From NCBI GenBank assembly GCA_002633005.1, contig NMRA01000138.1, forward strand, positions 804,795-868,794: a stretch of 64,000 nt of DNA, written 5' to 3'. Position numbers and translations under genes: made by a program. How positions within the stretch are numbered: the first letter of the stretch is position 1; each line of letters starts with the position of its first letter. The notes beneath the pieces were generated by a model. The model made no database searches and was not told where the DNA came from. It was given only the letters and a program-made list of their open reading frames with translations. This DNA comes from Phoronis australis. Lineage: Eukaryota; Animalia; Phoronida. This document shows, one piece after another, positions 24,601-39,600 of the stretch.

Positions 24601-27600
24601 TGTGAACAAATTATTATAGTTGAATGTCTCCTGAGTGCACAGAATTTATCATGATTCTAGATACAAAAGTAGCTTGCATTAACTAAATGCAATTTCTATG
24701 AAATTAATCATTGTGTGTAATTTGTTTTGTTAATACATTGGCTGGGTGGTTGTTATAAAGAATAGAATTAATGAACTATGCGAAACCTAAGTGCAGTTGT
24801 ATTGTTCAGTGTCTTTTGTTTGTTAATTCCAACTATATTGTGCATTACATCACTAATTCTGGGGATTTTATCTGCAGTACTGAAATTTTCCAAATGCATT
24901 GTGGAATCATGGTTTGTGGCTGGTAAACGTTTGCTGACATCTGGGATAACTTGTGGATTTTGAGGCTTACTTTTAGTCTTTCTGTTAATATGATGGTTTC
25001 TTTGTCATTTTCACATCAAAAAGTACATTGTAGTTCTGCTACTTGACTGACAACTGTTGTTTTCCGACATACTTTTTTTACATGTCCCCTGTGATGTTGT
25101 CGGATGTTTATGAGTCACACCGTCCTACAATGCATCAGAAAAATGACAATTGCGCCATAGATGAAATCTCCCAAATTGTAATCAAGCAATAAAAACGTGT
25201 TATGTTTGCTGTATTCCTAATTCATATTTCTTCTCTGTCATTCAGGACGAGTACAATGATGGACGTAAGATCGTCGTTGGCGTCTGCGCCATGGCAAGGA
25301 AGTCGCACTCTAAACCGATGGGTGAGATCCTCCGTCGGCTTCACCGATTCGAGTATCTGGAGATATGTATTTTTGATGAGCGAGTAATCCTAGAGGAGCC
25401 TGTTGAGTCATGGCCGATCTGTGACACACTGATCTCGTTCTACTCAGCTGGCTTTCCACTGGAGAAGGCTGTTGCGTACTCAAAACTTAGAAAGCCATTT
25501 CTAGTCAATGATTTGGATATGCAGTATGTTATACAGGACAGGTGTGTATAATGCTCTCACAGCTCTCAATGCCCATTCCCCTCTAAAAAAGATTGAAAAA
25601 TCACACGAAATTCGTCTCATGATTTTCAAAAATTCCCTTCAAGTGATTGAAAAATTACCCTCGAGGTTCGAATCACTTGTAACTCACAAAGGTGACAATT
25701 TGAAAGAGCACAATGGCAGAGCCTATGAGGGCTTACAACAGGGTTAGGAGTGCTACTGATGGTGATAGGGAGGTAGAATTTTTCCCTCACCCCAAAATAT
25801 TCCCCTGTTGCAAGGCACCCTTCCCCTTGGATGAACGAGGGCCCTGGCTCTTTATAATATCCTAGAAAAGGTGGTAGTGTCAAAACGTATTGAAGTCGGT
25901 GTCTTGTTATTCCGACTGAATAATAGAACGAGTCTTCGTATTGTGAAATTTCACCTGTTATGCCTCCCAACTCACTCTGCTTTGTTCACATGATCTTGTT
26001 GCACAATTTCTTAGACCACTCGGTTAAGATATTTGTCAACCTTATTGAAGACCTTTCACATTTCATCAAATGCATTTTAGGTATTTATTTGCAACGTGAT
26101 ACATTTTCTGAATCCTTCATGACTGCAACATCTTACTTGGTGCCTTAAAATGAGGCGTACTTATTGTGCTTTTAAAACAAGGCTTACTTATTATCAATTG
26201 ACCATCATTTTTGCAAATGTTGTCATTTTTTACTTTTAACATGAATTTTCAAAAAACCTGTTCTGTGGGAGATTTGCATTTGAACTACATTTTCTTGGCA
26301 TCTATGTGCTTCAAACAGCAGAGATATCAATCGTCGAAATTCCTTGTTTTTAAAAATACATCTTATGCCTTGAAAATATAATATGATATGAAGTGCCCCT
26401 TACGTTTCCAGTAAAAATACATAAATTGCATTTTTGGAGAATAACTACTGAGCGTAGTGCAAGATGAGATCACTTTAAAAAGAAATTTTATAGCAGTAAG
26501 TCAGTGATCTGAATCAACACATAGTTTATAGCAGTAAGTTTTATAGCAGTAAGTCAGTGATCTGAATCAACACAGTTTATAGCAGTAAGTTTTATAGCAG
26601 TAAGTCAGTGATCTGAATCAACACAGTTTATAGCAGTAAGTTTTATAGCAGTAAGTCAGTGATCTGAATCAACACAGTTTATAGCAGTAAGTTTATAGCA
26701 GTAAGTCAGTGATCTGAATCAACACATAGTTTATAGCAGTAAGTTTTATAGCAGTAAGTCAGTGATCTGAATCAACACATAGTTTCTTTGTCAGAATGAT
26801 GCTTTAATTATTGTTTTAACTTGGAAGATGCTCCACACTTGTACAACTACACATTTGTGCATTTCATTATTTTTTTGTTCCCCACAGGATTGCTGTTCAC
26901 AAGTTACTAGAAGACCACGGTATTGACGTGCCAGTATATGCTGTGCTACAGCGGGACAGTAATAACCCTGGTCTGTACTGCATTATTGTACTCATTACTT
27001 TCTCGATGCCTATTGGTTACGGAAAACATTTAAAGCTACGTACAGCACCACTGAGGTCAAGTTAAAATTGCCAACTTAAGATAAAAAGTGACTGTGGTCA
27101 GTGGTGAATATACCCTTGAAGCAGTCAGTATAATCTTCTTTATGTTTCATTTGATAATTAAGTGAAGTTAAGAACTCTGTCTCACTAAGTCAAAAACTTT
27201 CTGAAATAAATCGGTATAAAATAAAGATTTTTTAACTTGGCTTTATCATTAGTAAATGTACAATACCACCCCTTAAATACTGTTTTAAATACTTTTTTCA
27301 ATTTAATTTAAGCTGCTTAAATTTAGCCAATTACGTGATCTGTACTTAGAAACATTCAACATTCTCTAGTTGTGCAGATCTGTATGAATTGTCATTTGTA
27401 TTGACCAGTCAGTTGTAAGCTAGCTATTGAATCTGAAAACACTGAACATTTTGGTAACAGGTTAAAAGAGCCCATTTGCAGAGATTGTTCTAACAAGTTC
27501 ATTGCTCACTTTTCCTGAAAACAAGCTTCTACTTGTATTGATCTGAATAATGTCATTTCTTATGTATCATTAGGGATGTGTAAAATAACCGAGTTGGAAG

Positions 27601-30600
27601 ATCAAATAGAAATTGATGGTGTCACCATACAAAAACCATTTGTGGAGAAGCCGGTAAATGCTGATGACCACAACGTGTACATATATTACCCGTCTTCAGC
27701 TGGAGGGGGCAGTCAGAAACTGTTTAGGAAGGTTAGTACTACACATGTATAGCAAATTGTAAAATTGATTTTTAGGTTTTGTTTTTTTCTGGTTGGAGTA
27801 ATTAGCATTTTTCTCTCGTGTTGAAGATTCCAGTTGAGATTTTGGAGGTCTACCCACTTTTATGTACCCACTTCTACATATGTGGGTGTATAATGTCGTC
27901 ATCTCTGCCCGGTGTCTCGTGTCTTGTGTCTGCTACGGTGACTCCTAACTTGTAGGATGAGGACAACCTTTGGACTTATTGAATTATTGCTGTGCCACCT
28001 AGTGAGAGTTTTTAGTTAATTTGCTTTTACATCTACTGCACCATGTGCCATAATGGATCTTTTTGAAAGTTGGCAAATATGTTTGTGTCACGTATGTGAT
28101 ATCTTGCTATAATTTTTCAAAGGGCTCTGTCGTATTGTGTTTCCATTGTAGCAATTTGTTATTTTCTTGACATCGTCTTTAATTTGTATCTTCCCTCTAT
28201 TTTCAAATGGTTAGAAAGCCATTGTGAAGTTTCATTGATTTTTACTAAACCAAGGCTGACTATGTTTTTCAGACATGCCTGAGTACCGCTATGCCCCTAG
28301 CAGCACTATGATATTTTGTACCTGCCTCAATGTCTACCAGCTTTGCTGAATGATTGTCGTAAAATAAGACAGGTGTGCTTCTGATGAGGAGAGCATGGCT
28401 GATGTGGGTTTTTGGACGAATTCAACTACTGCTATGCCCCCTGGTGACAATTTCATTCTTTTGCGTCTATCTTGATATCTACCAAATTTTATTAAGGGAC
28501 AGCATCTGTTCATTTTCTCTCGTCTCCGGTTTGTTCTGCACCCCCTTCATGGCCATTTTAGTAAGCAATGGGGCCCACAACCTTGAGAACAGAAGGTGGA
28601 CACTCACTCCATTAGGCCACACTGCCTCCTCTTAGCATCTTGCTGAACTCACTTTCAAGTCGTCTACTGACAAATGGTTCTTGTTTGATTTTAATTTATT
28701 TGTTGTTTTTTGTATTATGATTTCCAGATTGGTAACAAAAGCAGCGTGTACTCTCCAGCCAGTAGGATACGAACAGTGGGCTCTTATATTTATGAAGAAT
28801 TTATGCCTACAGATGGCACTGACATCAAGGTAAAGCCTGGTAGCTGACCCCATTATCAATGAAACTTATGGGCTTATCTCGTCTCATCGGTTTTCCACTC
28901 TGTCTGATGTTTTCTCATCAAAATGCTTTATTGCGTTTTTGTCTTTTTGCAAAATTTCAAAAATAGTTATTATCTATCATGGAACAAGTCTTTCTTTTGA
29001 AAGTTGACCTTTGGTTGTCAGTCAAGTAAAGTCAGTGGTATCTCTTTTGTGACTATTGCGGTGTCGGACCATATACTATTATTGTGACAGAAAGAATGCT
29101 CGTTGCGAAACTGAGGTCTGTACTACTGTGTGACAACAAAAGCAAGAGTTAGCTCTGACTGTGGAGAAACTTCGGACCATATTCATATTGAAGTTTTGTC
29201 TTTGTTGGAGACAGCTTGTGCACTGGCTGTGTTACCATTAGACAAACATAACAGTTTACATGAAGGCTCAGGTTCAAAGTGTATGCAGTGCACACAAAGG
29301 TACATGTTCTGGGTGTATACAGTGTACATGGTACATGTTCTGGGTGTATACAGTGTACATGGTACATATTCTAGGTGTATACAGTGGGTGCTGACTATGC
29401 TCATGCTGAGGCGAGGAAGTCTCCAGCTCTTGACGGCAAGGTGGAACGAGACCACAATGGAAAAGAGGTCAGATATCCCATCATTCTGTCAGCCAAGGAG
29501 AAACTTATTGCTCGGACCATATCTCTGGCATTCAAGGTATTTATGCAATTTAGGGTCAGGTCAGTAGTTAGACAAATAATTCAAGCAGTTGAAATGCACG
29601 CTTATATGTGATGTTTCTTGAATGTCTCAAAACAATATTTTTTTGAAGCAATGGATACATCATCAAAATTTGTGATAAAGATGTTGCCTCTGGTATCATT
29701 TTGCTGAGGTATTTTCTAATTAACAATTAGTTAATGTTAAGGTAATGCTCTGTTCCTTTTTACTTTCCTTTGTGTTGCATTTGAAGGTCTAAAGTACCAA
29801 GTGCTAACTGACCTTCGCCACAACAATCCTGTCTGATCAATAACTAAAACATGCTGTCTCTGAGGGTATTAAGCAGGTAGATCAGTGTGCCTTTATATAA
29901 TCCCTATTGGCTTCACAATTGACTGGTCTAATGAAAAAGGCTTGAATGTCCAATCAGTAACGATCAGAATTCCTGTATCTAAGATACAAAACTTAAGGGG
30001 GGGGGGTGAATATCCATGCTGGCATTATCTCCCTTTTCACTCCAGCTTGTGTAATTAGTGTGTCATATTTCATTCAATAAAGATTTCTAACAAAAGGATT
30101 TGTACCTGTTTTATATTTTATTGTTGGCAATATCATGTCTTTGCTGAAGTTTTAGTTTAGGCCTGCAGCATGGAAAAGCACGTAGACATTGTGTGAATTG
30201 AATAAATATTTGAACTTTGGAATAAAAAGTGTTGTTCATTGCAGCAAACTGTGTGTGGGTTTGATCTACTACGTGCCAATGGTGGTGCTTACGTCTGTGA
30301 TGTCAATGGATTCAGCTTTGTGAAGAATTCAAACAAATACTACGATGATTGTGCCAAAATATTGGGGTAATGTCACTGTTGACTTACTCATGTGGACACA
30401 GGACTATGACTTGTAGTTTCAGTTGTATTGAGCGAAGTTCTGAGCACGACTAGTTAGTAGGAACATTATTTGCTGTAAATGAAATACTTTTTACTATAAT
30501 TATATTAAATCTCACAGTCGTGTCATTTTTATGGAAATTGTTCATGGTATGAAGCCAAGCTTAGTCTGGGTTTGTGTGGAGTGTTTGATCATATCAAGAG

Positions 30601-33600
30601 TGTTGTTTGATCAAAACCTTAGAGCCGCTATTACTCATGTTCTGTGCAACAAGTGAACTTTTGATGTACATCACTTACCTTTATGAAATTGGTCTCTACT
30701 TATTTTTTTCTCAGATGAGAAGTAATTTCTGAGTTTGCAAAGTAGGAACAATTCGTTATTCCTTGAGACCATGCTCTGAGTATCAAAATGACACGCCATG
30801 ACAAACCAACTTGTAGAGCCTTGTCACTTGCATTAACAGTCTGTAAATCTGACATCACCTCTACTTAGACTAAGGGACAATTGAAGACCAATTACAGTAA
30901 GTGGTCTAAATCAAAAGTTGCGTTTTGTGATGGAACGTGAGTTTTAGCCACTTTAAATCATGCCTAATCTATCTTAGCTTAATGAAAGGTTAGAAATAAA
31001 AATGTACCTTGATTTAGACCAAGTGTCACATCAATCTTTCTCAAAGTCTCTTAATCTTCAGTCTTGTTCATTTATTCATGACATGTTACCAAATGCTATG
31101 TGCTCCTTATTCCTCCTCAAGGCAAATATAATTGCCATCTTTGTCTGTTTCAGTAACCTAATTATGCGCACCCTGGCCCCTCAGCTGTCCATTCCATACT
31201 CTATAACACTTCAACCAGAAGATATACCTATTGTGCCAACTACCTCAGGAACTATGTAAGTTACTTTTCAGAATTGCACAAAGCATGTAATTATTTTTGT
31301 TCATGTGATTTTCAACTGAGTGATCTAGAATATGATTTTACTTTTATTAACAGTTAGTTGACCTATGCTGTTAAATGTTCAATTAATTTTTGTCAAACTG
31401 TATTTTGATTAAGCAGCTTGAAATAGGAATTCATTTCTAATACTGTTTCTGAGACAGTTATTGTATTTTTAGCTATAGTTACTTAGTTTTGTCATTCACT
31501 TTTCTTTGCCACTTCAGGATGGAACTTCGGTGTGTAATAGCTGTCATCAGACACGGGGATCGGACCCCAAAACAGAAGATGAAGATGGAAGTTTGCCATA
31601 AATTGTAAGTTGATAAATACCTGTAATCCATCTATGCTCTGGTTGCAAGATGCTACTTAAAATTGTGCCATAATGACAATATGATTATATTAATTAGAAA
31701 TTAAAGCTTGTTAGCTTATGTTTTGTGCACACATTACAAGGATAATTTTTGGGTATTTTTAGTTTGCTGTAAGGATTTTTGACTACTGAAGCTTAACTTG
31801 TATCCACAATTTGAAAGTTATTCTTGATCAGTGTTCCAAGGTTGGATTTATTTATTATGCCTGGTAGTCAATGCTTATTAATTTTGTCATGATACTTTTT
31901 TTGACTTATATTCAAATGCACCAGGAAATGTCTAGTGGCATGTTTGTTTAAAACGTTTCCAAGCGTGCTTTGCTTATATTTATGGACTTCTTCAATGTAG
32001 GACACAGTATGACAGAAAAGGTAAACTTCATTTTGTCAAATTTCTCAATAAAACACAGTCACATTGAGAGGGGATTTCCTTAATAGCTAATATTCTATAG
32101 TACCCATGCAGTTATGGTTTGCAGGCACTCACTTTGTATACATATGTTTTTGTGCAATTATATTTTAAAAAAGCTTAAAGTTTATTCCATTTTGCACATC
32201 TGTTGTCTAACAACATTTTTTGTCATTTATTGGAACAGCAACAGTTTGATTCCAGAATTGAAGAATGTTCTCTGCACATAAAATATTTTTAATTATGTCA
32301 ATCTGTTTTTGTCAGATTCTTTGACCTGTTTCAAAAACATGGAGGGATGAAGACGGGCCACTTGAAACTCAAACGTCCCAAACAGCTCCAGGAGGTGCTA
32401 GACATTGCGAGATATCTGTTGCATGAGTTGGACCACAACTCCACTGACTCTATGGAGACGATTGCTGAGAATAGACATAAGTTGGAGCAGCTAAAGTTTG
32501 TTCTGGAGATGTACGTGAATCTTGTTTTTGGATGAGAAGTAAACAAATTTAATGTGAAGTTTACTAACTCATTGTTTACATCCGTAGTTATGTATATGTG
32601 TGCACGTAGTAGTACTGTATATGTGTACACTTAGTTACATGTTACTATGTGTGGAGATGGTGTCTGAGCCTACGGTAAAAAATAAGCTGCAAAGTTGCAA
32701 TGAACAAAAGTACAAATAATTGTCTTATTTTAATGGAAGCCGTTTAAATTAATTTATTAAATATCAGCAAAATCTCAAGAGTGTTTGATGAACAAATATA
32801 CATCTAAATAATATCCATTTCTTTATTAAAGGAACCTGTAAATATTCTGATTTAAAATCTGTCGAAATCTCAGCAAAATCTTGACACTGTTTTGCTGTAT
32901 GTACTTTGCCAAAGTCCATTTATTTCACAAATAGGCAGGTAGAGTGGCTAAGCGCGATTACGTGACTTTAAACTCTAAGGCCTGACTAATAAGTTGTTTA
33001 AAGTGCCATGAAATAATTGTGTCAGATTTCCAAGTGACTGATTCTGTGTAGTGTACTTTGAAGACTTCTGTAGGTGTATCCGCCTATTCCAGTGAGCAAC
33101 ATTAATTGCGTACGAATCAAGGTAGTCAGCAAATTGCGATGATTTTAATTTTACGTTTTTAATCATGAAATTAAATCCTGTTTCAAAAGAGGATTTATTA
33201 AAGAGTGCAAGAAAGGATAAGAGACACAAAACACCCATTTTAAGAGATAATTTTCTGTATCTACGATGGACACTCGTCTGCACCTATATGTGAAACTGAG
33301 ACTCGAACCCTTGTATGAGACATCTGAGCGAATTTATTTCAAAACTAGATGTGCACATAGGCAGTAATACTGGTTATCCATATTGTGTTTCAGACTGCTT
33401 TTTCATCCAATCTTACTTATATTGTTTTGTGATATTGTGAATTATTTGTTCATCAATGCTTTATTGGGCCTAGAGTCTCAGCGCTAATTTCTCTGTTTTT
33501 TCTGAGCATTAGGTTTTTTTAAAACAATGTAACTACACAAGATGGACTTACTATTTTATGACATTGCGTAATTGGGTGTCTTGGGGATTTTCTGTTCTCA

Positions 33601-36600
33601 CACTATTTCATTATAAGGACCCGGCACTGAGTTGTACTTTACAAGCCTCTTTTGTATTTACTAGGTATGGTCACTTCTCCGGCATCAATAGAAAAGTTCA
33701 ATTGAAATATCAACCAGAAGGTGCTCCACCCAAGTCGAGTGATGATGGTAAGTCCCCTTGTGTAATTTCCTCTTTCTTAATATTTGAATGACTGTGTGTG
33801 TTCATACTATGCACATCCTTGAATGACTTTGTGTTTATACAATGCTCATCCTTTAATGCCTTGGGTAATTTGTCGTGTTTTTATTGTATGCCTCCACAGA
33901 ATGTGGGTGCATCTTGCCATCATATGCCCCGCGAAATGCGTCCACTGTTGTGTATCCAACTGGCATGTGCCACTTCTGAAATTTAAGTTTCTGTTGAGGT
34001 GACAACACCATCTCAATTTCTGATGAATTTGACTTATTCTGCATTTCATAGTTTCAATTTTTCATGTTTCCCTTTCTATTTGCCAATCCTCTCAAAGTGT
34101 CATTATAAAAATTGGTAGTTATTTTTCTTCTGAGGCGAGCACAGCTGGTATTGATTTCAGATGGGTTTGGGTAATGAAACATCCCTTAATGGCAATTCTG
34201 TTATAGTTTTTTTTGCCTTGATGCCTACAAAGTTCCTTCATTGATAGGTCTTCATGAAATATGTTTCATAGATGATTATAGCTGAAGTTTGTATTGGGAC
34301 ACGACCCACTACTATGGCATCCCTTGGTGGCAATTTAGATTTTCTTTTTGCCTCAATTTCGGCCAAGCTCTGTAGATCTTAATGAAATGTCTCTACGGAG
34401 GAAGCCACTTCACCTGATCAGTTTCATTGTTTTTGGCATCTGCGTCCCTATCGACAAACCGCTTAAAAAATCATTAGTTAAATTTCCGATGTTTTTCTGT
34501 TGAGGAGAGCATGGCCAAAATTAATTTTGGACAAATTTATTTCAATGTCTCCTACTGGCAATTGTAGTTTTCTTTTCATTTGTTACAATACCCTCCAGGT
34601 TCTTTTGTCATTTGTCATTGTGTGTAATCGCATTGAGAAGAACATGGCTGCTGTTGATTTTGGCACAGATTTGACTACTATGGCTTCCATTAGTGACAGT
34701 TTTGTTTTGGACCTGCCTCAATGTTCCTTGATGGATCTTCATGAAGTTAGACTTGTGTTCATGTTGAGAAGAACATGGCTGGTGTTAAGTTTTAGAAAGA
34801 TGTGATGTCTGGTGTTCACTTGTGGCAGTTTGTGTTTTTGCTGTGGCTGCATCAATGTCTAACAAATTGATGAATCTTCAAGAAATAAGACGTAATTGTG
34901 TTCCTATTGAGAAAAGCAGGATTGTCAACATTTGGATGGATCTGACTACTATTGTGCCCTCTAGTGGCTAATTGTGGGTGCATCTGAGTGAATGTCTATT
35001 AAGTTCTTGGATGCATCTTCATGATATTTGACCATTGATTCTTGTTTCAGTTTCAGTTTTAAAGGCCCAAATGAAGATAATTTGGTCAAGTGTAAATTGC
35101 CAACTTCTGACTGTGAAATGAATCCTAAGTTGCAATGTTTGGTTTGAAACAACCAGTTGTTTACCATAGGGTTGCTTTTTATCTCAAAATAGAGTTCAGA
35201 GACAATGTCTCCATTACGTTTGCATGAGTTTTGTCCTTGTGTGTAATGTATATGGCAAGTGGAATGATGCTCCTACATCATATACATCAACAATATAAAG
35301 TGTGTGCTGTTTCTTCCTTTATGTAAATAGTGTAAAATCCTGCGTGATCCTTGGCTTCTCCATAATAAATATTTCAAGTGCTTCTTGTAATGAAAGTAGG
35401 GCTGGTGTTGTTGTCATTGTATTCTTGTATTCTTGTTGTTACAGAGGGGCCAAAAGACCCATCGTTGGTGCTGATTCTCAAGTGGGGTGGGGAGCTGACC
35501 CCCGCGGGCAAGAAACAGGCAGAGGAGCTGGGCAAAGCGTTTAGATGCATGTATCCCGGCGGGCACGGTCTGTCTTGCTTCTTAGGAGCTGCTAGATGTC
35601 TCGCTTCTGTCAGTGTAGCTATTCTGACTACTGTCCTGTCTAATGTTAGCATTTCTAATTATCCTTCTGTAAAAAACTGTTTATCACGGTGTTTTCTTGT
35701 ATGGAGTAGCAATGGCAGTATATATATGGGATGAAATGTTGTGTGATTTGCTGGAAAGGGGGACTGAAACAGATTGAAGTTGACGATGAACTGTTAACTG
35801 GCTACTGCTTAACTTGAACGAGGACAACAGAGAACAAAATTGTAACTTAATGATAGATTTGAAAGATAAGACAGAGGCAAGAAAGTCAACTGAGAAATTT
35901 TTGCAATAAAATTTTTGCAGATTTTTAACAAGAAGGAACTTTGTCTAATTCTTACAATTTATTGAAAATGTCAATGGTATCATGAAAATATTAACTTAAG
36001 GCTGTTTGTTCTTGACCTCATCTCTGGTTAGTGCTGTAGTGATTACGGCAAGAACATTGCTAGTCACCATTCGAAATATGCTTAATAAATCAAGCCACGG
36101 TTTCCTGCCAAATTGTTATAAATGTACAATTAATAACTCTTAGGTGGATAATTAGCCGAAAGTGAAAGACAAAGCCAGGTTGTGCATGTTTTGCTGCACA
36201 AATTAGTATGACCATTGAGATCATCAGACCAATCATTGTGATGGTATAGACCCAAGCTGACATTCCATTCAAAATAATCTATGGTTTAATTGAGTACAGT
36301 TTCAATCTCTCCTGTGTTTGAATGAACATTTTGTATTCCTTGAAAAGGGGTATTGCTGTCATGTGAGTCGCCTGCTTTGTGGTATTGCAAACTGAGATTT
36401 ACGTGGTTTTAAAAATCAAAGATACATTTTCGTATTAAGCACCCACTGCCATTTGCCATGCAAGCAAAGACCCTCATAAACAGTCAGGTATTTTGTGTTT
36501 CTGGGGAAAATCCCTTGTCAACATTAATATTCTTCAAGTAGTTTGATTGTCTGGTTTAACAGCCACATAATGGTCACTTTAGCACATTTTGGCTCTTTTG

Positions 36601-39600
36601 AAACAACGCGTCCTCGAGTATTGACCTTTAAATTGTGAGTAAAGATGACTTTAATGTAATGCATTGTGTTGCAGATATGTCTGATTTCTTCCATGTGGCT
36701 AAAATGTTAATGGATGTAAATCAGTTCAAACAAAACAGTCACTCAGTCATCTCGACAAACAACTTAGTGATGTGCTAAATGTTATAGTTCCCCAGAATGT
36801 GTCGTCTGCAAAGTATAGCTTGGTGTTCCTGTTGTGTCAAAACCATGTGAACCATCTGATGCGGTCTACTTGCTGCCTCTACTTTATGTACCATCTGATG
36901 CGGTCTGTTAGCTGCCTCTTCATTGCTTGCTTAATTTTCTTTTTTCTTTTGTCAGTGCTTGAAAGTCGTTTAGTATGCTGTTTGGCAGTGATTTAATTTT
37001 TATGGGCCCACATATTTACATGTGGACACATTATGCCGTCATCTCCGTCCGTCCAATGTCCGTCCGGCATCCGTCCGGTGTCCGTCTGGCGTCTGTCTGA
37101 CGTACACTGCTCTGTCTCCAAAACCCTTTGATATATGCTCATGAAATTTTGCACTTGTATTTTTTCATGGATGGGACGGCATGAGCGAACTTTTGGATGG
37201 ATCCGACTACTGGTGTGCCCCCTAGTGGCAATTTTAGTTTTTTACGTTTACCTCAGCCCGTATCTTCAAAGGTCCTCAACGTGTTTTCATAAAATTTGGC
37301 ATGTAGGCATCCGTTAGTGAGATGACGCTACTCTCTGGTGTTCAGATGGATTCGACGTAGTTTGTGCCACCTAGTGGCCATTTTTACTGTTTCGAGCCTG
37401 TTTTTTAGCATCCATCCCTCTTATCAACCAAACCGCACTAAGGATGATTGTGAAAATTGACATGTATGTTCTTACTATAAAGAGGACGACTCTTGAGGAT
37501 TTTCCGACGACTTCAACTACTGTGGCACCTCCTAGTGGCAGTTTTGTTTTTTTGTGCCCATGGCTATATCTCCTAAACCGTTTGCAGGATTTTTACTATA
37601 TTTAGCAAGTGTATTATGTTGACAACAGACGACTATGACTTTTGGATGGATCTGACTACTGGTGTGCCTCCTAGTGGCAATTTTAGTTTTTTACATTTAT
37701 CTCTGTATCTTCAAAGGTCCTGAACAGATTTTCATAAAATTTGAAATATAGGCATCTATTAGTGTGATGACACTATCCTTCTGTTTTCAGATGGAATCGA
37801 GATATTTTGCACCTCCTAGTGGCTATTTTTACTGTTTTTGAGTCCACCCTCTTTTCAACCAAGCCATTCTAAGGATAATTTTAAAAATTGGCGTTCTCAG
37901 TTGTGGTGCCTCCTAGTGATACTTTTGCACCTATAGCTGTATCTCCTCGACCCATTACAGGATCTTTATTAAATTTTATTAGTAAGTGTATTTTTATGAG
38001 GCTAAAAAAAGACGACGATGACGTTTAGACGGATCCAATGAAAGCTGTGTCCCCTAGTTGCAATTTCATTTTTTTCTGTTTCCTTTTGTTTCTCTGAAGT
38101 CTCTTGACAGATTTTCATGAAATTTGGTGTATAGCTTTCTATTAAAGAAACAATGGCATGTTCCTGTTTTCAGATAAATTGGACGTTTTTGCGCCATCCG
38201 GTGTCCATTTTTATGATACAAATAAACAACCTTAGAAGCACCCTGTTTGCGGTCCATTTGTGGTCGCATTTCAAGGCTCTGTGTTGCTCTTGTTGATATG
38301 ATCTGCAGTGTTTAACTCTGTTCTTGTGATCTACATTCTGTAATTTGTTCCTTTTTCCATTTCTTTTCATTTAACTGCTGAGTGTTTTAACACAGTACAC
38401 AAATGTGTAATATTTGCCTCCCAGTTGTCAGCAGTTTCTAATGTGTTGTATATCTGAGGACTGGAAAAAGCTTCGTTCTTTTCTCAGACTTGCAGGGATC
38501 TCATGCACACAACATGAGAAAAAAACATAATCAAACAAGTGTTCAAGCTGATTGAAAAGAATATTTAAATGTTTTCAATTTCTCTACAAAAAGAAGTGCA
38601 AAAATTTTCTAAGAAGAACGGTTGAGTAACAGAACACAGTGATAATTGAGTATTAGAACATAATGGTTATTTCGAAACGAGAACATTTATTAACATAATT
38701 ACGGTCAAGCATGTTCTTTTGATTTGCTTGCTGCTTTGGTGTGCTTTCCTTGTATAGATGCAGCTGTCCTTTGGTTTATTATTGTTTAACTTTTTTCAAA
38801 CTTCTGTTAACGCCCCTTTTAGTGATTATGTGTGTTCTCCATAAATTAGTTTAGGCATGGTAATTTAACCAATAAAAGCAATAATTGCTTTTTGCTGAAA
38901 GTTTTTGAGTAACATTTTCACTACCATAATTTGCTTTGGTTTATAGATTTTCTCTTCCTTATCTTGTTACAGTTTAATTTAAGTCTGAACATTTTCGCTA
39001 CTTATAATTTGCTCTGGTCGAATGATTTTCTCTTCCTAAAGTTGTAACAATTTTAAATCCTCTTCATTCGATTTTACGAAAATTTCCCTGCTTTTTTGGC
39101 TTTTGCAACATTAAATTTGTCAAATTTCTTTGATAATTAGATTTTAAGAAAATGTTCAAATGTTAGAACTTACTTGTGTAGTTTTAAGTAGACTACGTTG
39201 TTGTCATTTTAGAGTGACAATCCGTTATTTTGTTTCAGTTAACGTAGTATGTAAACGTTCAGTAAAAGTTTCATGTAAGTCGTGACCACGGTAACATTTA
39301 TCAACATTCATTTTTGTTCTTCCAGGTGACTATGGCCACACCCCTGGTCTTGGGTTGCTACGGTTACACAGCACCTACCGACATGACCTTAAGATATATG
39401 CGTCTGATGAAGGGCGAGTTCAAATGACAGCAGCTGCATTTGCAAAGGTGGGCCGATAGAATTTGATGAATCATTTAGAGAACTGTATCTGGCTGTACTG
39501 AAACTTAAATTTGTATTACGACTGGAACTCAGAGTGACTATGAATCTATTTTCAATGACTTTGCCTTTTTGTTGACATTGTTTGGGTGTCTTACAGTCGC

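Noticed and set aside
26487-26785. Regular repeat array resembling CRISPR
   Set aside because: No unique spacers; simple minisatellite in a eukaryotic intron; no cas genes.
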